A DNA stretch of 64,000 bases from an uncultured bacterium. GTDB lineage: Bacteria > Acidobacteriota > Thermoanaerobaculia > Multivoradales > JAHZIX01. This document shows positions 9,529 through 19,370 of the stretch, in pieces (the first letter of the stretch is position 1; the number at the start of each line of letters is the position of its first letter). The stretch lies in assembly GCA_965368975.1 (NCBI GenBank), contig CBDUPA010000012.1, positions 83,540 through 147,539 of the forward strand. Direction: 5' to 3'. A model generated the notes under the pieces. The model worked only from the letters and a program-made list of their open reading frames with translations, had not been told where the DNA came from and did not search any database. A program made the translations under genes and the position numbers.

Positions 9529-10647
9529 GTGCCCGAATCCTCCGAATCCCTAGCCACCTCGACCGACACGCTGGACCTCACCGTCCACCGCGACAAGTCG
9601 AGCGAATTCCGCACCATGACGGGCGAGCCGGCGGTGGAGGCGAGCATCATCTTGATCGCGCATCCGGAGCACCAGCGCATGGGCACGCGCTACCGCCTGG
9701 TACCGGGGGAGATGCTGGAGGTCGGGCGGTCGTCGAAGGCGGGGGTGAGTCTGCCGGAAGTGGCGGCGTTGTCGAGGGTGCACGCGCGGCTGCAGCATCG
9801 CGGGGAGTGGGTGACGCTGGAGGATCTGGGGTCGACCAATGGCACCTACATCAACGGCCGACGCCTGCACGAACCGACGGCGCTACACAGTGGCGATCGC
9901 TTCCAGGTCTCGTCGGTGCACTTCAAGTTCCTGCACGAGAAAGACGTCGAGGCGGCGTACCACGAGGCGATTTACAACCTGGTGGCGCACGACGGGTTGA
10001 CCGAGGCCTACACCAAGCGCAAGTACGAAGAAGAAGCGGCGCGCGAGCTGGCGCGGGCGGCGCGGCACCGGCGGCCGTTGTCGTTGATCCTTCTCGACCT
10101 CGACCACTTCAAAGACACCAACGACACCCACGGCCACCTGGCCGGCGACGCGCTGCTCAAGCACTTCGCGGTGGTGGTGCGCCGGCACTTGCGGCCGGAG
10201 CAGATCTTCGCCCGCGTGGGCGGCGACGAGTTTGTGGTGCTGTCGCCCGAGATGACGGCGGCGCAGGCGGAGCGGCTGGCCGAGCGGCTGTGCCACAAGC
10301 TGGCGGCGTCGCCGCTGGAGTATGAAGACGTGCGGCTGACGATCTCGGTGTCGTGCGGGGTCGCCGAGTATGCGATGGACATGGAGCGGCCCGAGGATCT
10401 CTACGCCGCTGCCGACCGGGCGCTGTACAAGGCCAAGCTGGCCGGCCGGGGACGCGCCGTGCGGGCGGAGACGAATTCGGGCGCCATGCCGCCGCTGCCG
10501 GGCTCGGACCGCCGGTTCGAGAGCCACGGCTTCGAGGCCGGCTCCGGCAACGACGCGGAGGAGTCTTCGACCGACGTGGGCGAAGCGAAGGAAGACGCCG
10601 CCCAGGATGCGGCTGGCCGCGACCCGCAAGCGGATACGCGGGGCTGA
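9529..10647 (+). CDS. FHA-domain-containing diguanylate cyclase (GGDEF).
   Basis: FHA-like region (...YRLVPGEMLEVGRSSKAGVSL...NGTYINGRRL...). GGDEF domain with an RxGGDEF-like VGGDEF motif and LDLDHFKDTND. The GTG start at 9529 has an upstream GAAGGA. Upstream in-frame sequence is MITE-derived and was excluded. Confidence 0.75.
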   Translation: MPESSESLATSTDTLDLTVHRDKSSEFRTMTGEPAVEASIILIAHPEHQRMGTRYRLVPGEMLEVGRSSKAGVSLPEVAALSRVHARLQHRGEWVTLEDLGSTNGTYINGRRLHEPTALHSGDRFQVSSVHFKFLHEKDVEAAYHEAIYNLVAHDGLTEAYTKRKYEEEAARELARAARHRRPLSLILLDLDHFKDTNDTHGHLAGDALLKHFAVVVRRHLRPEQIFARVGGDEFVVLSPEMTAAQAERLAERLCHKLAASPLEYEDVRLTISVSCGVAEYAMDMERPEDLYAAADRALYKAKLAGRGRAVRAETNSGAMPPLPGSDRRFESHGFEAGSGNDAEESSTDVGEAKEDAAQDAAGRDPQADTRG

Positions 10648-10673
10648 CGGCGAGCTTCGCCGAGGACGTCGAC

Positions 10674-12473
10674 ATGCTGCGCGAACTCCATGTACGCAAT
10701 CTCGCCGTGCTCGCCGGAGCGGCGGTGGATTTCGCCGCCGGCTTCAATGTGCTCACCGGCGAGACCGGTGCCGGCAAGTCGATCGTCGTCGACTGCCTGG
10801 AACTGCTGGCCGGGGGCCGTGCCAGTGCCGAGCTGATCCGAACCGACGCCGACAAGCTGATGGTCTCGGGCGTCTTCGAACCGGCCGGCAACGGCTGGAA
10901 GGTGCTGCTCGAAGAGGCCGGGCTGGACGCCGACGGGCGCGAGTTGCTGATCCGCCGCGAGGTCAGCCGCGAGGGGCGCAACCGGGTGTATGTGAACGAC
11001 CAGCCGACGACGCTGCGTCTGCTCGCGGACCTGGCACCGTCGCTGCTGCGCATCCACGGCCAGCGCGACGAGCTGGGGCTGATCTCGCCCGAGCTGCAGC
11101 GCGCCTGGCTCGATCGTGCCGGCGGCGACGAGGCCGGCCCACGGCTCGACGCGGTCGCCGACGCCCACCGCGCCTGGCGCCGGCTGGCACGGCGGCTCGA
11201 GAGCCTGACGGGTGACGAGGAGCTGCGCCGCCAGCGTCTCGACTTGCTGCGCTTCCAGGCGTCCGAGATCGACGCTGCTGAGGTGCGCGCCGGTGAGGAG
11301 GACGAGCTGCGCCAGGAGCGCGACCAGCTGCGCCACCGCGAGGCGGTGGTGGCGGCGCTGTCCGAGCTGGTCGAGCGGCTGTACGAGGGCGAGACGGCGG
11401 TGGTCGACGAGCTGGCCAAGAGTGGCCACCGGCTGCAGGACATCGGCGAGTGGGAGCCCGCGGCAGCGAGCTGGACGACGGAACTCGAGGAGCTGCGCAT
11501 CCGCGCCGAGGAGGTGGCGCGCGGCGTGCGCGAGCGCCTGGACGGCATGGAGAGCGACCCGCGACGCCTCAACGCGGTGGAGGACCGGCTGTCGACGCTC
11601 GAACGCCTGTGCCGCAAGTACCATGGCACGACCGACGACATCCTGGTGCGGCGCGCCGAGATCGCCGCCGAGCTCGAAGAGCTGGAAGGCGACGCCGAGA
11701 ACGTCGAGGAGCTGGAGGCCGAGGCGGCGGCGGCGCTGGACGTCTATCGCAAGGCCGCGCTGGCGCTGTCGGCGGCGCGCGTGCGCTGGGGACAGGGGCT
11801 GGCCGAGCGCATGACCGCCGAGCTGGCCGACCTGGCGCTGGCGCAGGCGCGGCTGGAGGTGCGGCTGGAGCGCAGGCCACAGCCGAGCAGTCCGCTGCTC
11901 GTCGACGGCGTGGCGGTCGACTTCTCGGCGGCGGGTGTCGACCAGGTCGCATTCTACTTCGCGCCCAACCCCGGCGAGGCACCGCAGCCGCTGTCCAAGA
12001 TCGCTTCTGGCGGTGAGCTGTCGCGCTTGTCGCTCGCTTTGCAGCTCGCGGCGCGGGCCGAAGGCATGCAAGATCGACCGACGCTGGTGTTCGACGAGGT
12101 CGACACCGGCATCGGCGGTGCCGAGGGTGCGGCGCTGGGGGCCAAGCTGCGACGCCTGGCGCGCGGTGGCCAGATCTTTGCCGTCACCCATCTGCCGCAG
12201 GTGGCCAGCTGCGGCGACCACCACCTGAAGGTGAGCAAGGAAGTGCGTGGCGGCCGGACCTTCGCCGAGGTCGAAGCGCTGAGCGACAGTGCCCGCGTCG
12301 ACGAGGTGGCGCGCATGCTCGGCGGCGAGACGCTGACGGACCTGTCGCGCCAGCACGCGCGCGAGCTGCTGCGGGATGGCCGTGAGCTACAGCGGGAAGG
12401 CACAGAGGGCGATCCGCCCTCCAGCAGCGGCAAGAAGCGCCCACGAGCCAAGCGCGCCGCCGCCGGGAGCTGA
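10674..12473 (+). CDS. recN: DNA repair protein RecN.
   Basis: N-terminus MLRELHVRNLAVL...FNVLTGETGAGKSIVVDCLELL. SMC-like coiled coil. C-terminal signature region. Confidence 0.9.
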   Translation: MLRELHVRNLAVLAGAAVDFAAGFNVLTGETGAGKSIVVDCLELLAGGRASAELIRTDADKLMVSGVFEPAGNGWKVLLEEAGLDADGRELLIRREVSREGRNRVYVNDQPTTLRLLADLAPSLLRIHGQRDELGLISPELQRAWLDRAGGDEAGPRLDAVADAHRAWRRLARRLESLTGDEELRRQRLDLLRFQASEIDAAEVRAGEEDELRQERDQLRHREAVVAALSELVERLYEGETAVVDELAKSGHRLQDIGEWEPAAASWTTELEELRIRAEEVARGVRERLDGMESDPRRLNAVEDRLSTLERLCRKYHGTTDDILVRRAEIAAELEELEGDAENVEELEAEAAAALDVYRKAALALSAARVRWGQGLAERMTAELADLALAQARLEVRLERRPQPSSPLLVDGVAVDFSAAGVDQVAFYFAPNPGEAPQPLSKIASGGELSRLSLALQLAARAEGMQDRPTLVFDEVDTGIGGAEGAALGAKLRRLARGGQIFAVTHLPQVASCGDHHLKVSKEVRGGRTFAEVEALSDSARVDEVARMLGGETLTDLSRQHARELLRDGRELQREGTEGDPPSSSGKKRPRAKRAAAGS

Positions 12474-12474
12474 C

Positions 12475-13170
12475 GTGGCCGAGGCCGTGGCGCGCTGGAG
12501 CTGGGACCACGACCCGGCCGGGGTGCGCGCCCTGCTCGACGCCGGCGGCGTGCTGGCGATCCCCAGCGAATCGAGCTACGGCCTGGCGGTCGAGCCGACG
12601 AGCGTCGCGGGCGTCGAGGCGGTGTACCGGCTCAAGCAGCGCGACGCCGGCAAGCCGCTGCTGGTGGTGGTGGCGTCGCGGGCGCAGCTCGAAGCGCTCG
12701 GCGTCGCGGCACCCGCTCCGGCCTGGCGCGCGCTCGACGCCGCTTGGCCGGCACCCTTGACCGCCGTCTTGCCCCTGGCTCCCGAAGTCGCCGCCGGGAA
12801 CAATCTTCCTGCCGCGGCCGGTTCTTCTAGCTTGGCGGTGCGCATCCCCGATCACCCGCGGCTGCGCGCCTGGCTGGCCTGTGTCGGGCCGGTGACCGCC
12901 ACCAGCGCAAACCTCAGCGGTGAACCTCCCGTACTCAGTGCGGACGGTGCCGCCGAGTTGCTGGCCCGGCTGGCGCACAGCCCGGGGAACCACGTTCCCG
13001 TCGCAGTGATCGAAGGGGATGTGCCCGGCGGCCTCCCCTCGACGCTGATCGCCTGGGCGGGCTCTGATTCTGATCACCACGATGCCCCCGCCTGGCGCCT
13101 GCTGCGCGCCGGGCGCTACGACCTGACTGACACGGACTTCCAACCATTCATGGTACCTTCCCAGCGATGA
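12475..13170 (+). CDS. tsaC: L-threonylcarbamoyladenylate synthase (TsaC/YrdC/Sua5 family).
   Basis: YrdC motifs (...AIPSESSYGLAV..., KQRDAGKPLLVVVAS, TATSANLSGEPP). The GTG start overlaps the recN stop. Confidence 0.7.
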   Translation: MAEAVARWSWDHDPAGVRALLDAGGVLAIPSESSYGLAVEPTSVAGVEAVYRLKQRDAGKPLLVVVASRAQLEALGVAAPAPAWRALDAAWPAPLTAVLPLAPEVAAGNNLPAAAGSSSLAVRIPDHPRLRAWLACVGPVTATSANLSGEPPVLSADGAAELLARLAHSPGNHVPVAVIEGDVPGGLPSTLIAWAGSDSDHHDAPAWRLLRAGRYDLTDTDFQPFMVPSQR

Positions 13171-15275
13171 ACCAACCTCCTGCTCGTTTCCCGCGTCGAC
13201 GTCTTGCCACCTTCTTTCTCGGCCGCCGCGGTGCCGTGCTGCCGGTCTTGTGGGTCGCTGTCGTGGCCACCTTGTTGGCCCCTTCCTGGGCGACCGGATC
13301 GGCGCTGGCGCAGGACGAGCTGTCTCGCGACGAGTTGCCCGCGCAGCCACCCGTGCCGCACGACGAGATCGAAATCTTCGAACTGCACGAGGCGCGCGCC
13401 GGCCAGACGGGCTACGGCCTGTCCGTCTTCCAGGGGCGTGAGCCGCAGCGCTTCGAGGTCGAAGTGATTGGCGTCATGGAAGACTCGTCCGGCCTCGGCG
13501 ACGCCATCCTGGCGCACCTCAAGGGGCAGGGCCTGGAAGAGAGCGGCGTGCTCGGCGGCATGAGCGGCAGCCCGGTGTACATCGAGGGTCGCCTGGCCGG
13601 TGCCGTCGCCTTCAGCTGGAATTTCAGCCGCGGCGCCATCGCCGGCATCACGCCGATCCGCGACATGCGCCGCTTGCGTGTCGAGCCGGTCGCGGAAGTA
13701 CCCGCGGGCGAGATGGCGAGGTCGGACGCCTCGGTCTCGTCCTCAATCTCCACGACCACCCGGGAGGGCGCCGTGCCCGTTCCCAGCCTCGACGACCTGC
13801 TGCACCGGCGCTTCGACCAAGACCTGCTGCAGCAGCACCTCGCCGCGCTACGCCCGCCGACAGTGAGGGGTGGTGGTGGTCCCGAGGCGGCGACGTCCAA
13901 CGTTCAGTGGCTGGCCAGCGGCTTCAGTGACGGCGGCCGCCAGCTGCTGCGCTCGGCCCTCGGGCCCGTCACCTTTGGCGCGCCGATCCAGGAGCGGACC
14001 AGCGGCGCGGGACTGTTGGAAAGGGGGACACTGCTGGATCGTGGCGGCGACGATGGTGTCTCCGGCCTGCCCAGCGCGCGTCCGAACGCCCCCGATCTGA
14101 CCGCGCTCTACGAGCCCGACTTCACCGACGTTGCCAAGCCGGGCGGTGCGGTGATGGCGGCACTGGTCTTTGGCGACCTCAAGCTCGCCGCCGCTGGCAC
14201 CGTCACCGACGTCCAGGGCAACGACGTGGTCGCCTTCGGCCATCCCTTCCTGGGCGCCGGCCCGGTGCGCCTGCCGATGGCTTCGGCCGACATCGTCACC
14301 ACCGTCTCCAGCATCTTCAGCTCGTTCAAGGTCTCCAACATCGGCCGATTGGTCGGTACCGTGTGGCAGGACCGCTCCGCAGGCATCTACGGCCGCTTGG
14401 GCGAGGCGCCGCCGATCCTGCCTTTGACGGTGCGCTTGCATCCATCGGCCGGGCCGGGTGCTGACAGTGCGGAGGTCTACCAGATGTACCTGGCCGAAGC
14501 GCGCGACATCACGCCCGCTCTGCTCGGCACCGCCGCCGTCAGCATTCTCGACGTTGCCAGCCCGCGCCTGGGCGCCGGCAGCGTCGACCTGCGCGCCCGC
14601 TTCCAGATCGCTGGCCACGACGAACTGATCGTCGAGCAGAGCTTCGACGCGCCGCAGGCTGGCGTGCAAGCGATCATCACGACGCTCAGCTACGCCGCCT
14701 TCCTGATGCAGACACCGCAGGCGCCGCTCGACCTCGAAGCCATCGAGCTGGATTTCACCCTGCACCCGCGCCGCCGGCTGCAGACCCTGGTCGATGCCCA
14801 CCCGCTGCGCACCGTCGTCAAGCCCGGCGAGCGTCTGCCGGTATTCCTCGAACTCGAGTCCTACACCGGCGGTCGCCAGCGTCGCACCGTCGAGGTGCCG
14901 CTACCCGAGCATCTCGACGACGGTACCTACGTGCTGCTGGTCGCCGACGGTGCCAGCGCCGATGCGCTGCGCCTGGCGGTCGAGCCGCAAGACCCGACGT
15001 CGATCGACGACAGTCTGGCGATGCTGCGCGGCTTCCACTCCAACCGTGAAGTGCACGTCCTCGGCCTGGTGCCCGACCGCGGCCTGGTGCTCGGCGGCCA
15101 GGCCTTGCCGCGCGTGCCGGCGTCGATGCAGACCGTCTGGGGCCAGGCGCCGCCCGGCAGCACGCAGCCGCTCAATCTGGCGCTGGTCGACGAGACCAGC
15201 TGGACCTGGGACGAACCCGTCGCCGGCCTCGTTCGCATCGATTTGACGGTTCGCCGAGGAACCGGCCGTCGATGA
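13167..15275 (+). CDS. Secreted SpoIVB-like (S55-family) serine peptidase homolog.
   Basis: Signal peptide. A GMSGSPVY segment resembles the SpoIVB catalytic-serine motif. The ATGA overlap with tsaC suggests coupling. Confidence 0.5.
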   Translation: MNQPPARFPRRRLATFFLGRRGAVLPVLWVAVVATLLAPSWATGSALAQDELSRDELPAQPPVPHDEIEIFELHEARAGQTGYGLSVFQGREPQRFEVEVIGVMEDSSGLGDAILAHLKGQGLEESGVLGGMSGSPVYIEGRLAGAVAFSWNFSRGAIAGITPIRDMRRLRVEPVAEVPAGEMARSDASVSSSISTTTREGAVPVPSLDDLLHRRFDQDLLQQHLAALRPPTVRGGGGPEAATSNVQWLASGFSDGGRQLLRSALGPVTFGAPIQERTSGAGLLERGTLLDRGGDDGVSGLPSARPNAPDLTALYEPDFTDVAKPGGAVMAALVFGDLKLAAAGTVTDVQGNDVVAFGHPFLGAGPVRLPMASADIVTTVSSIFSSFKVSNIGRLVGTVWQDRSAGIYGRLGEAPPILPLTVRLHPSAGPGADSAEVYQMYLAEARDITPALLGTAAVSILDVASPRLGAGSVDLRARFQIAGHDELIVEQSFDAPQAGVQAIITTLSYAAFLMQTPQAPLDLEAIELDFTLHPRRRLQTLVDAHPLRTVVKPGERLPVFLELESYTGGRQRRTVEVPLPEHLDDGTYVLLVADGASADALRLAVEPQDPTSIDDSLAMLRGFHSNREVHVLGLVPDRGLVLGGQALPRVPASMQTVWGQAPPGSTQPLNLALVDETSWTWDEPVAGLVRIDLTVRRGTGRR

Positions 15276-17671
15276 TGTCGCCGCCGATGACACTTCTTCT
15301 TTCCACCTCGACCTCGAAGCCACGGAGACCGCTCGCCGCCATGACCCACTCCCCGCGTCCCCGCCCTGCGCGCCGCGCCTCACTGGCGCCGCTCACCGCC
15401 GCTCCGCTCACGGCTGCTCTGCTCACGACCGCCTTGCTGCTGTCTCCGGCCCTGGCACCGCCCGCGAGCGCCACCGAGGTCAAGATCTTCCGCACCGCCG
15501 ACCGCGCCGGCTTCCTGGCTGGTGAGCTCGACGGCGTCAGCCTCGATCAGCTCGGCCGCCTGCGCCTGGCGGATCGCATCGAGCGCGTCAGCACCGTCGA
15601 GGAACCGTACCTGTACGCCGCCGCGGACTATCCGTCCGAGGATGGCGGCGGCTGGGTCGTCGGCACCGGTAGCGCCGGGCGTGTGTACCACGTGCGCCAG
15701 GACGGCACCTCCTCGCTGCTGTTCGAGGTCGCTGAGCCGCAGGTGCTGAGCGTGCTCAGCCACGGCGGCGCCGTCTACGTCGGCACCGGTCCGACCCCCG
15801 GCGCCGAGGCCACCGGCAAGGTCTACCGCTACACGCCGCCAGCGTCCGGCAGCGACGAAGCGACGCTCGAAGTCTTGTTCGACAGCGGCGAGACCTATGT
15901 TTGGGCGCTGGCCATGCTGAGCGATGGTCGCCTGGCGGTCGGCACCGGTACGCAGGGCAAGCTGTTCGCCCTCGACCTGAAGCAGGATCTGGCCGAGCAG
16001 GAAGCCACCCTGCTGCACGACTCCACGGACATCCACATCCGCAGCCTGCTGGCGCTTCCCGAGGACGGCGACTTCGGTGGTGGCCTGCTCGCCGGCACCG
16101 CTGGCGAAGGCCTGCTGCTACACGTCGCCGCCAACGGCACCACGCGCACGCTCTACGACGCGGCGCAGCCCGAGATCACCGCGCTGACCGCCGGCCCGGA
16201 CGCTAGCGGCTCCGGCGTGCGCGCGTATGCCGCCGCCATCGCCTCTGAAGCCTCCGGCGTCGACCTCGCACGCCGCGCCGCCCAGCAACAGCAGCAGCAA
16301 AGCCAGGAAGACCCGAGCAACGGCGACTCGCAGGCCGAGCTCGTCGCCCCGACACCCGACGGCACCGTCGGCTCGCGTCCCGGCAATTTCCGCGGCGGTC
16401 GCAGTGAGATCCTCACCATCGCCGCCGATGGCGTCGTCGAGAGCCTGTGGACGTTCCAGGAACAGACCGTCTTCAGCCTGCTCTACCTGGATGACCGCCT
16501 GTGGCTCGGCACCGGCGTCGAGGGCGAGCTGTTCAGCTTCCGCGGCGGCGACATGGTGGTCGAGAAGCAGAGCGAGGAGCGGCAGGTGATGGCGCTGCTG
16601 GCGAGCGAAGACGGCCCCGTCCTGGCCACCACCAACGGCGCCGCCGTCTACCGCGCCAGCGGTGGTCGAGAATCGGCGGGCATCTACACCAGCAGCGTCT
16701 ACGATGCCGAGGCCGTTTCGCGCTTCGGCAGCTTCCGCTGGTACGGCTCGCAGGCCGAGAAGGCTGCCAGCTTCTCCTTCCGCTCCGGCCTCTCCGCCTT
16801 CCCGGACGCCACCTGGTCCGACTGGACCGCACCCAAGAACGGCCACGAGATCGCCCTCGACACCCTGCCTGCCGGCCGCTACGTGCAGTGGCGCGCCGAG
16901 CTGAAGAATGGCGACGTGAGCCCGCGTCTCGACGCCGTCGAGCTGAGCTACCGGCAGCGCAACGCCAAGCCGCGCATCCACGAGCTGAGCGTCCTGGAAC
17001 CGGGGCAGATCCTGGTCCCCAGCACCTTCAACCCCAACGGCCAGACGTTCGAACCCGCGCACCCCAACCGCGATGGCATCTTCACCACCCTGCAGCCTGC
17101 CGCGCGCGAGGATGCCCGCCTCAAGACGCTGTGGAAGCTTGGCTACCGCTCGCTGTCCTGGAAGACCGAAGATCCCAACCAGGACGACCTCGAGTACACG
17201 CTGTCGTTCCAGCGCCAAGCGGACGTGGCGCCGGCAGACGACTGGTTGCCGATGGTCGAGAAGCTCGACGACGACCACCTCAGCTTCGACGCCACCGTGC
17301 TGCCCGATGGCATCTACCGTTTCCGTCTCGAAGCCAGCGATGCCGAGGCCAACCTGCCCGGCGAAGGCCAGAGCGCCGAGCGCGTCAGTGAGCCGGTGGT
17401 GATCGACCACAGTGTGCCGGTGCTGGTCAAAGCCGAGCGCCAGGGCAGTACCCTGCAGGTCGAAGTGCGCGACGCCTGGAACCCCCTGCGCGAAGTCGTC
17501 TACAGCGTCGATGCCGGCGAATGGCAACGCGCTCCCACCGCCGATGCCCTGGTCGACGGTCGGCGCGAAGTGCTGCAGATTCCGATCCCCGAAGGCGCCA
17601 AGCTGCTGATCCTGCGCTGCACCGACGCTGCCCACAACGTCATTACCTTCGACTTGTCCGGAGAGCTGTGA
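15272..17671 (+). CDS. Secreted beta-propeller-repeat protein with an Ig-like C-terminal region (hypothetical).
   Basis: Signal peptide plus a repeated G(T)G..G(K/E)L(F/L) blade-like motif. 799 aa. Overlaps the neighbouring genes on both sides. Confidence 0.5.
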   Translation: MMSPPMTLLLSTSTSKPRRPLAAMTHSPRPRPARRASLAPLTAAPLTAALLTTALLLSPALAPPASATEVKIFRTADRAGFLAGELDGVSLDQLGRLRLADRIERVSTVEEPYLYAAADYPSEDGGGWVVGTGSAGRVYHVRQDGTSSLLFEVAEPQVLSVLSHGGAVYVGTGPTPGAEATGKVYRYTPPASGSDEATLEVLFDSGETYVWALAMLSDGRLAVGTGTQGKLFALDLKQDLAEQEATLLHDSTDIHIRSLLALPEDGDFGGGLLAGTAGEGLLLHVAANGTTRTLYDAAQPEITALTAGPDASGSGVRAYAAAIASEASGVDLARRAAQQQQQQSQEDPSNGDSQAELVAPTPDGTVGSRPGNFRGGRSEILTIAADGVVESLWTFQEQTVFSLLYLDDRLWLGTGVEGELFSFRGGDMVVEKQSEERQVMALLASEDGPVLATTNGAAVYRASGGRESAGIYTSSVYDAEAVSRFGSFRWYGSQAEKAASFSFRSGLSAFPDATWSDWTAPKNGHEIALDTLPAGRYVQWRAELKNGDVSPRLDAVELSYRQRNAKPRIHELSVLEPGQILVPSTFNPNGQTFEPAHPNRDGIFTTLQPAAREDARLKTLWKLGYRSLSWKTEDPNQDDLEYTLSFQRQADVAPADDWLPMVEKLDDDHLSFDATVLPDGIYRFRLEASDAEANLPGEGQSAERVSEPVVIDHSVPVLVKAERQGSTLQVEVRDAWNPLREVVYSVDAGEWQRAPTADALVDGRREVLQIPIPEGAKLLILRCTDAAHNVITFDLSGEL

Positions 17672-18171
17672 TGCCCCATCGACGTCCCCCCGGAGCCCCC
17701 CTCACTGCCGTCTACCCGGGCTCCTTCGACCCCATCCATCACGGCCATCTCGACCTGATCGAGCGCTGTAGCGTGCTGTTCGACGAAGTCATCGTCGGCG
17801 TGCTGCACAACGAAGCCAAGCAGCCGCTGTTCACCAGCGCCGAGCGCGTCGAGATGATCTCCGAGCAGGTCACCCCCTTCGGCAACTGCCGCGTCGAGGC
17901 CTTCTCCGGCCTGCTCGTCGACTTCGTCGAAGGCGCCGGCGCCTCCTGCGTCATCCGCGGCCTGCGCGCCGTCGCCGACTTCGAGTACGAGTTCCAGATG
18001 GCGCTGATGAACCGGCGTCTCAACCCGAGAGTCGAGACCATGTTCATGATGCCCAAGGAGGACTACACCTTCCTGTCCAGCCGGACGGTGAAAGAAGTCT
18101 TCTTCCTCGGCGGCAACCTGGATGGCCTGGTGCCTGAGGGCGTGATCGAGCGGATGAAGGAGAAGTTGTAG
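17671..18171 (+). CDS. coaD: Phosphopantetheine adenylyltransferase.
   Basis: AVYPGSFDPIHHGHLDLIERC... The T/HxGH nucleotidyltransferase motif and overall CoaD-like architecture are present. 166 aa. Confidence 0.9.
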   Translation: MPHRRPPGAPLTAVYPGSFDPIHHGHLDLIERCSVLFDEVIVGVLHNEAKQPLFTSAERVEMISEQVTPFGNCRVEAFSGLLVDFVEGAGASCVIRGLRAVADFEYEFQMALMNRRLNPRVETMFMMPKEDYTFLSSRTVKEVFFLGGNLDGLVPEGVIERMKEKL

Positions 18172-18182
18172 GGGTTCCAGGG

Positions 18183-18329
18183 GGAGGGCGCAATGCCTTG
18201 CGCCCCTACGACCCGCGCCCCCGCCCGAACGTTACGCATTCGGGAGATCCACCAGGCCGCGGAGTTCGTGCCGTGCGTAGCGTTCGGGGGAAGGGTGGTT
18301 CCGTAGGGGCGCAGGGGTCTGCGCCCTCT
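18183..18329. repeat. MITE-like repeat, copy B (complete).
   Basis: GGAGGGCGCAATGCCTTGCGCCCCTACGACCC...CCGAACGTTACGCAT...CGTTCGGGGG...CCGTAGGGGCGCAGGGGTCTGCGCCCTCT. It has terminal inverted repeats and internal hairpins. Confidence 0.65.
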
Positions 18330-18333
18330 GGTG

Positions 18334-19353
18334 TCACAACATTCCCCGCAGCCACGCTCTCAGCCACAGAGGCCACCGCTTCCACCGCCCCGCCTCGACC
18401 GCCAGCTCCGCCGCCTCGACGCACAGGCGACGCCGCCAGTGCTCGCGCACCGCGTCGAACGTGTAGTCCTTCGCCCGCTCGCGCCCGTTCTCGACCATCG
18501 CCCGGTACAGCCCTGGCTCGGTGCGCAAGCGTCGGATCGCCGCTTTGGCGTCGTCCAGGCCCTCCACCTCGATGTAGTCCAGCTCCGAGCGGCGCAACTC
18601 GCGGTACGCCGCTTCCGGTCCCAGCAGCGCCGGAACCCCGGCGTGCCAGGCATTGACCAGCTTGGTGGCGGGCTTCTTCGAGTGCAACCGGCGATCCGGC
18701 GGACGGACGGCGAGGACGAGGTCGACGTCGCGGTAGTCGGGCCAGTGTGTCTCGGGCATCTCTTCCTTCTGGAAGGCGACCGAGTCGAGGTCCCAGGTCA
18801 TGTCCTGGTCGTGCAGGAAGGTCGGCCACGAAGGGTCGTGGAACGCGGGGTGCAGGTTGCCGTGGAAGCCCTTGTACGCCAGGTGCTCGACACGCGTGCC
18901 GCGCTGCGGATCGCGCGCTTGCAGTCCTGCCTGCGGCCAGTGCGGCACGTGCACGCGTCGCTGACCCGCATGCAGTGAGTCGTCGGCATAGACCCCGTTC
19001 TGCAGGATCTCGAGATCCGCCAGCCGTGCCGGCTTGAGGTCGCCGCGCACGCCGACCAGGACGAGATCGGCGTCTGTACCGCGACGCTGCAACTCCTTGC
19101 GCAGCGTGTGGCGGTGCTTGCTGTGGAAGACGACAACCTTGCTCTCCGGTGACACCGCGGGCAGCGCGTCCACCAGTTCCGCGTCCACCGGCGGCGACTG
19201 GCCCGCTCGCCGCAAGCGCAGGCAGGTTTGCAGGATCCAGGCATGCTCGCCGCGTCGGAAGGCGGTCCAGTCGCGGTCGGGGTCGAGGTGGAGGAGGGAG
19301 GGGAGCCCACTATGGGAAGACTCGTCTTGGTGGGGGAGGTAGAAGAGGATCAT
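18334..19353 (-). CDS. Hypothetical protein, possibly a glycosyltransferase-like fold. It is bracketed by two MITE copies.
   Basis: 339-aa ORF. The C-terminal part (KPATKLVNAWHAGVPALL...) is weakly GT-like. The stop lies 5 bp outside MITE copy B, and the start is 15 bp from MITE copy C. Confidence 0.45.
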   Translation of the reverse strand: MILFYLPHQDESSHSGLPSLLHLDPDRDWTAFRRGEHAWILQTCLRLRRAGQSPPVDAELVDALPAVSPESKVVVFHSKHRHTLRKELQRRGTDADLVLVGVRGDLKPARLADLEILQNGVYADDSLHAGQRRVHVPHWPQAGLQARDPQRGTRVEHLAYKGFHGNLHPAFHDPSWPTFLHDQDMTWDLDSVAFQKEEMPETHWPDYRDVDLVLAVRPPDRRLHSKKPATKLVNAWHAGVPALLGPEAAYRELRRSELDYIEVEGLDDAKAAIRRLRTEPGLYRAMVENGRERAKDYTFDAVREHWRRRLCVEAAELAVEAGRWKRWPLWLRAWLRGML

Positions 19354-19370
19354 GGGGAGCCCTCATCCGC

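Noticed and set aside
10157-12356. 494-aa and 651-aa minus-strand ORFs antisense to recN.
   Set aside because: Low-complexity Ser/Arg/Ala-rich translations. recN on the opposite strand carries clear conserved motifs.
12184-13350. 388-aa minus-strand ORF spanning the recN/tsaC junction.
   Set aside because: Antisense to two well-supported genes. No motifs.
16281-16305. CAG/CAA repeat (poly-Q).
   Set aside because: A short in-frame poly-glutamine run within a secreted protein. Too short to be of interest.
16118-17635. 505-aa minus-strand ORF inside the beta-propeller gene.
   Set aside because: A GC-driven open frame. The plus-strand gene has a signal peptide and repeat structure.
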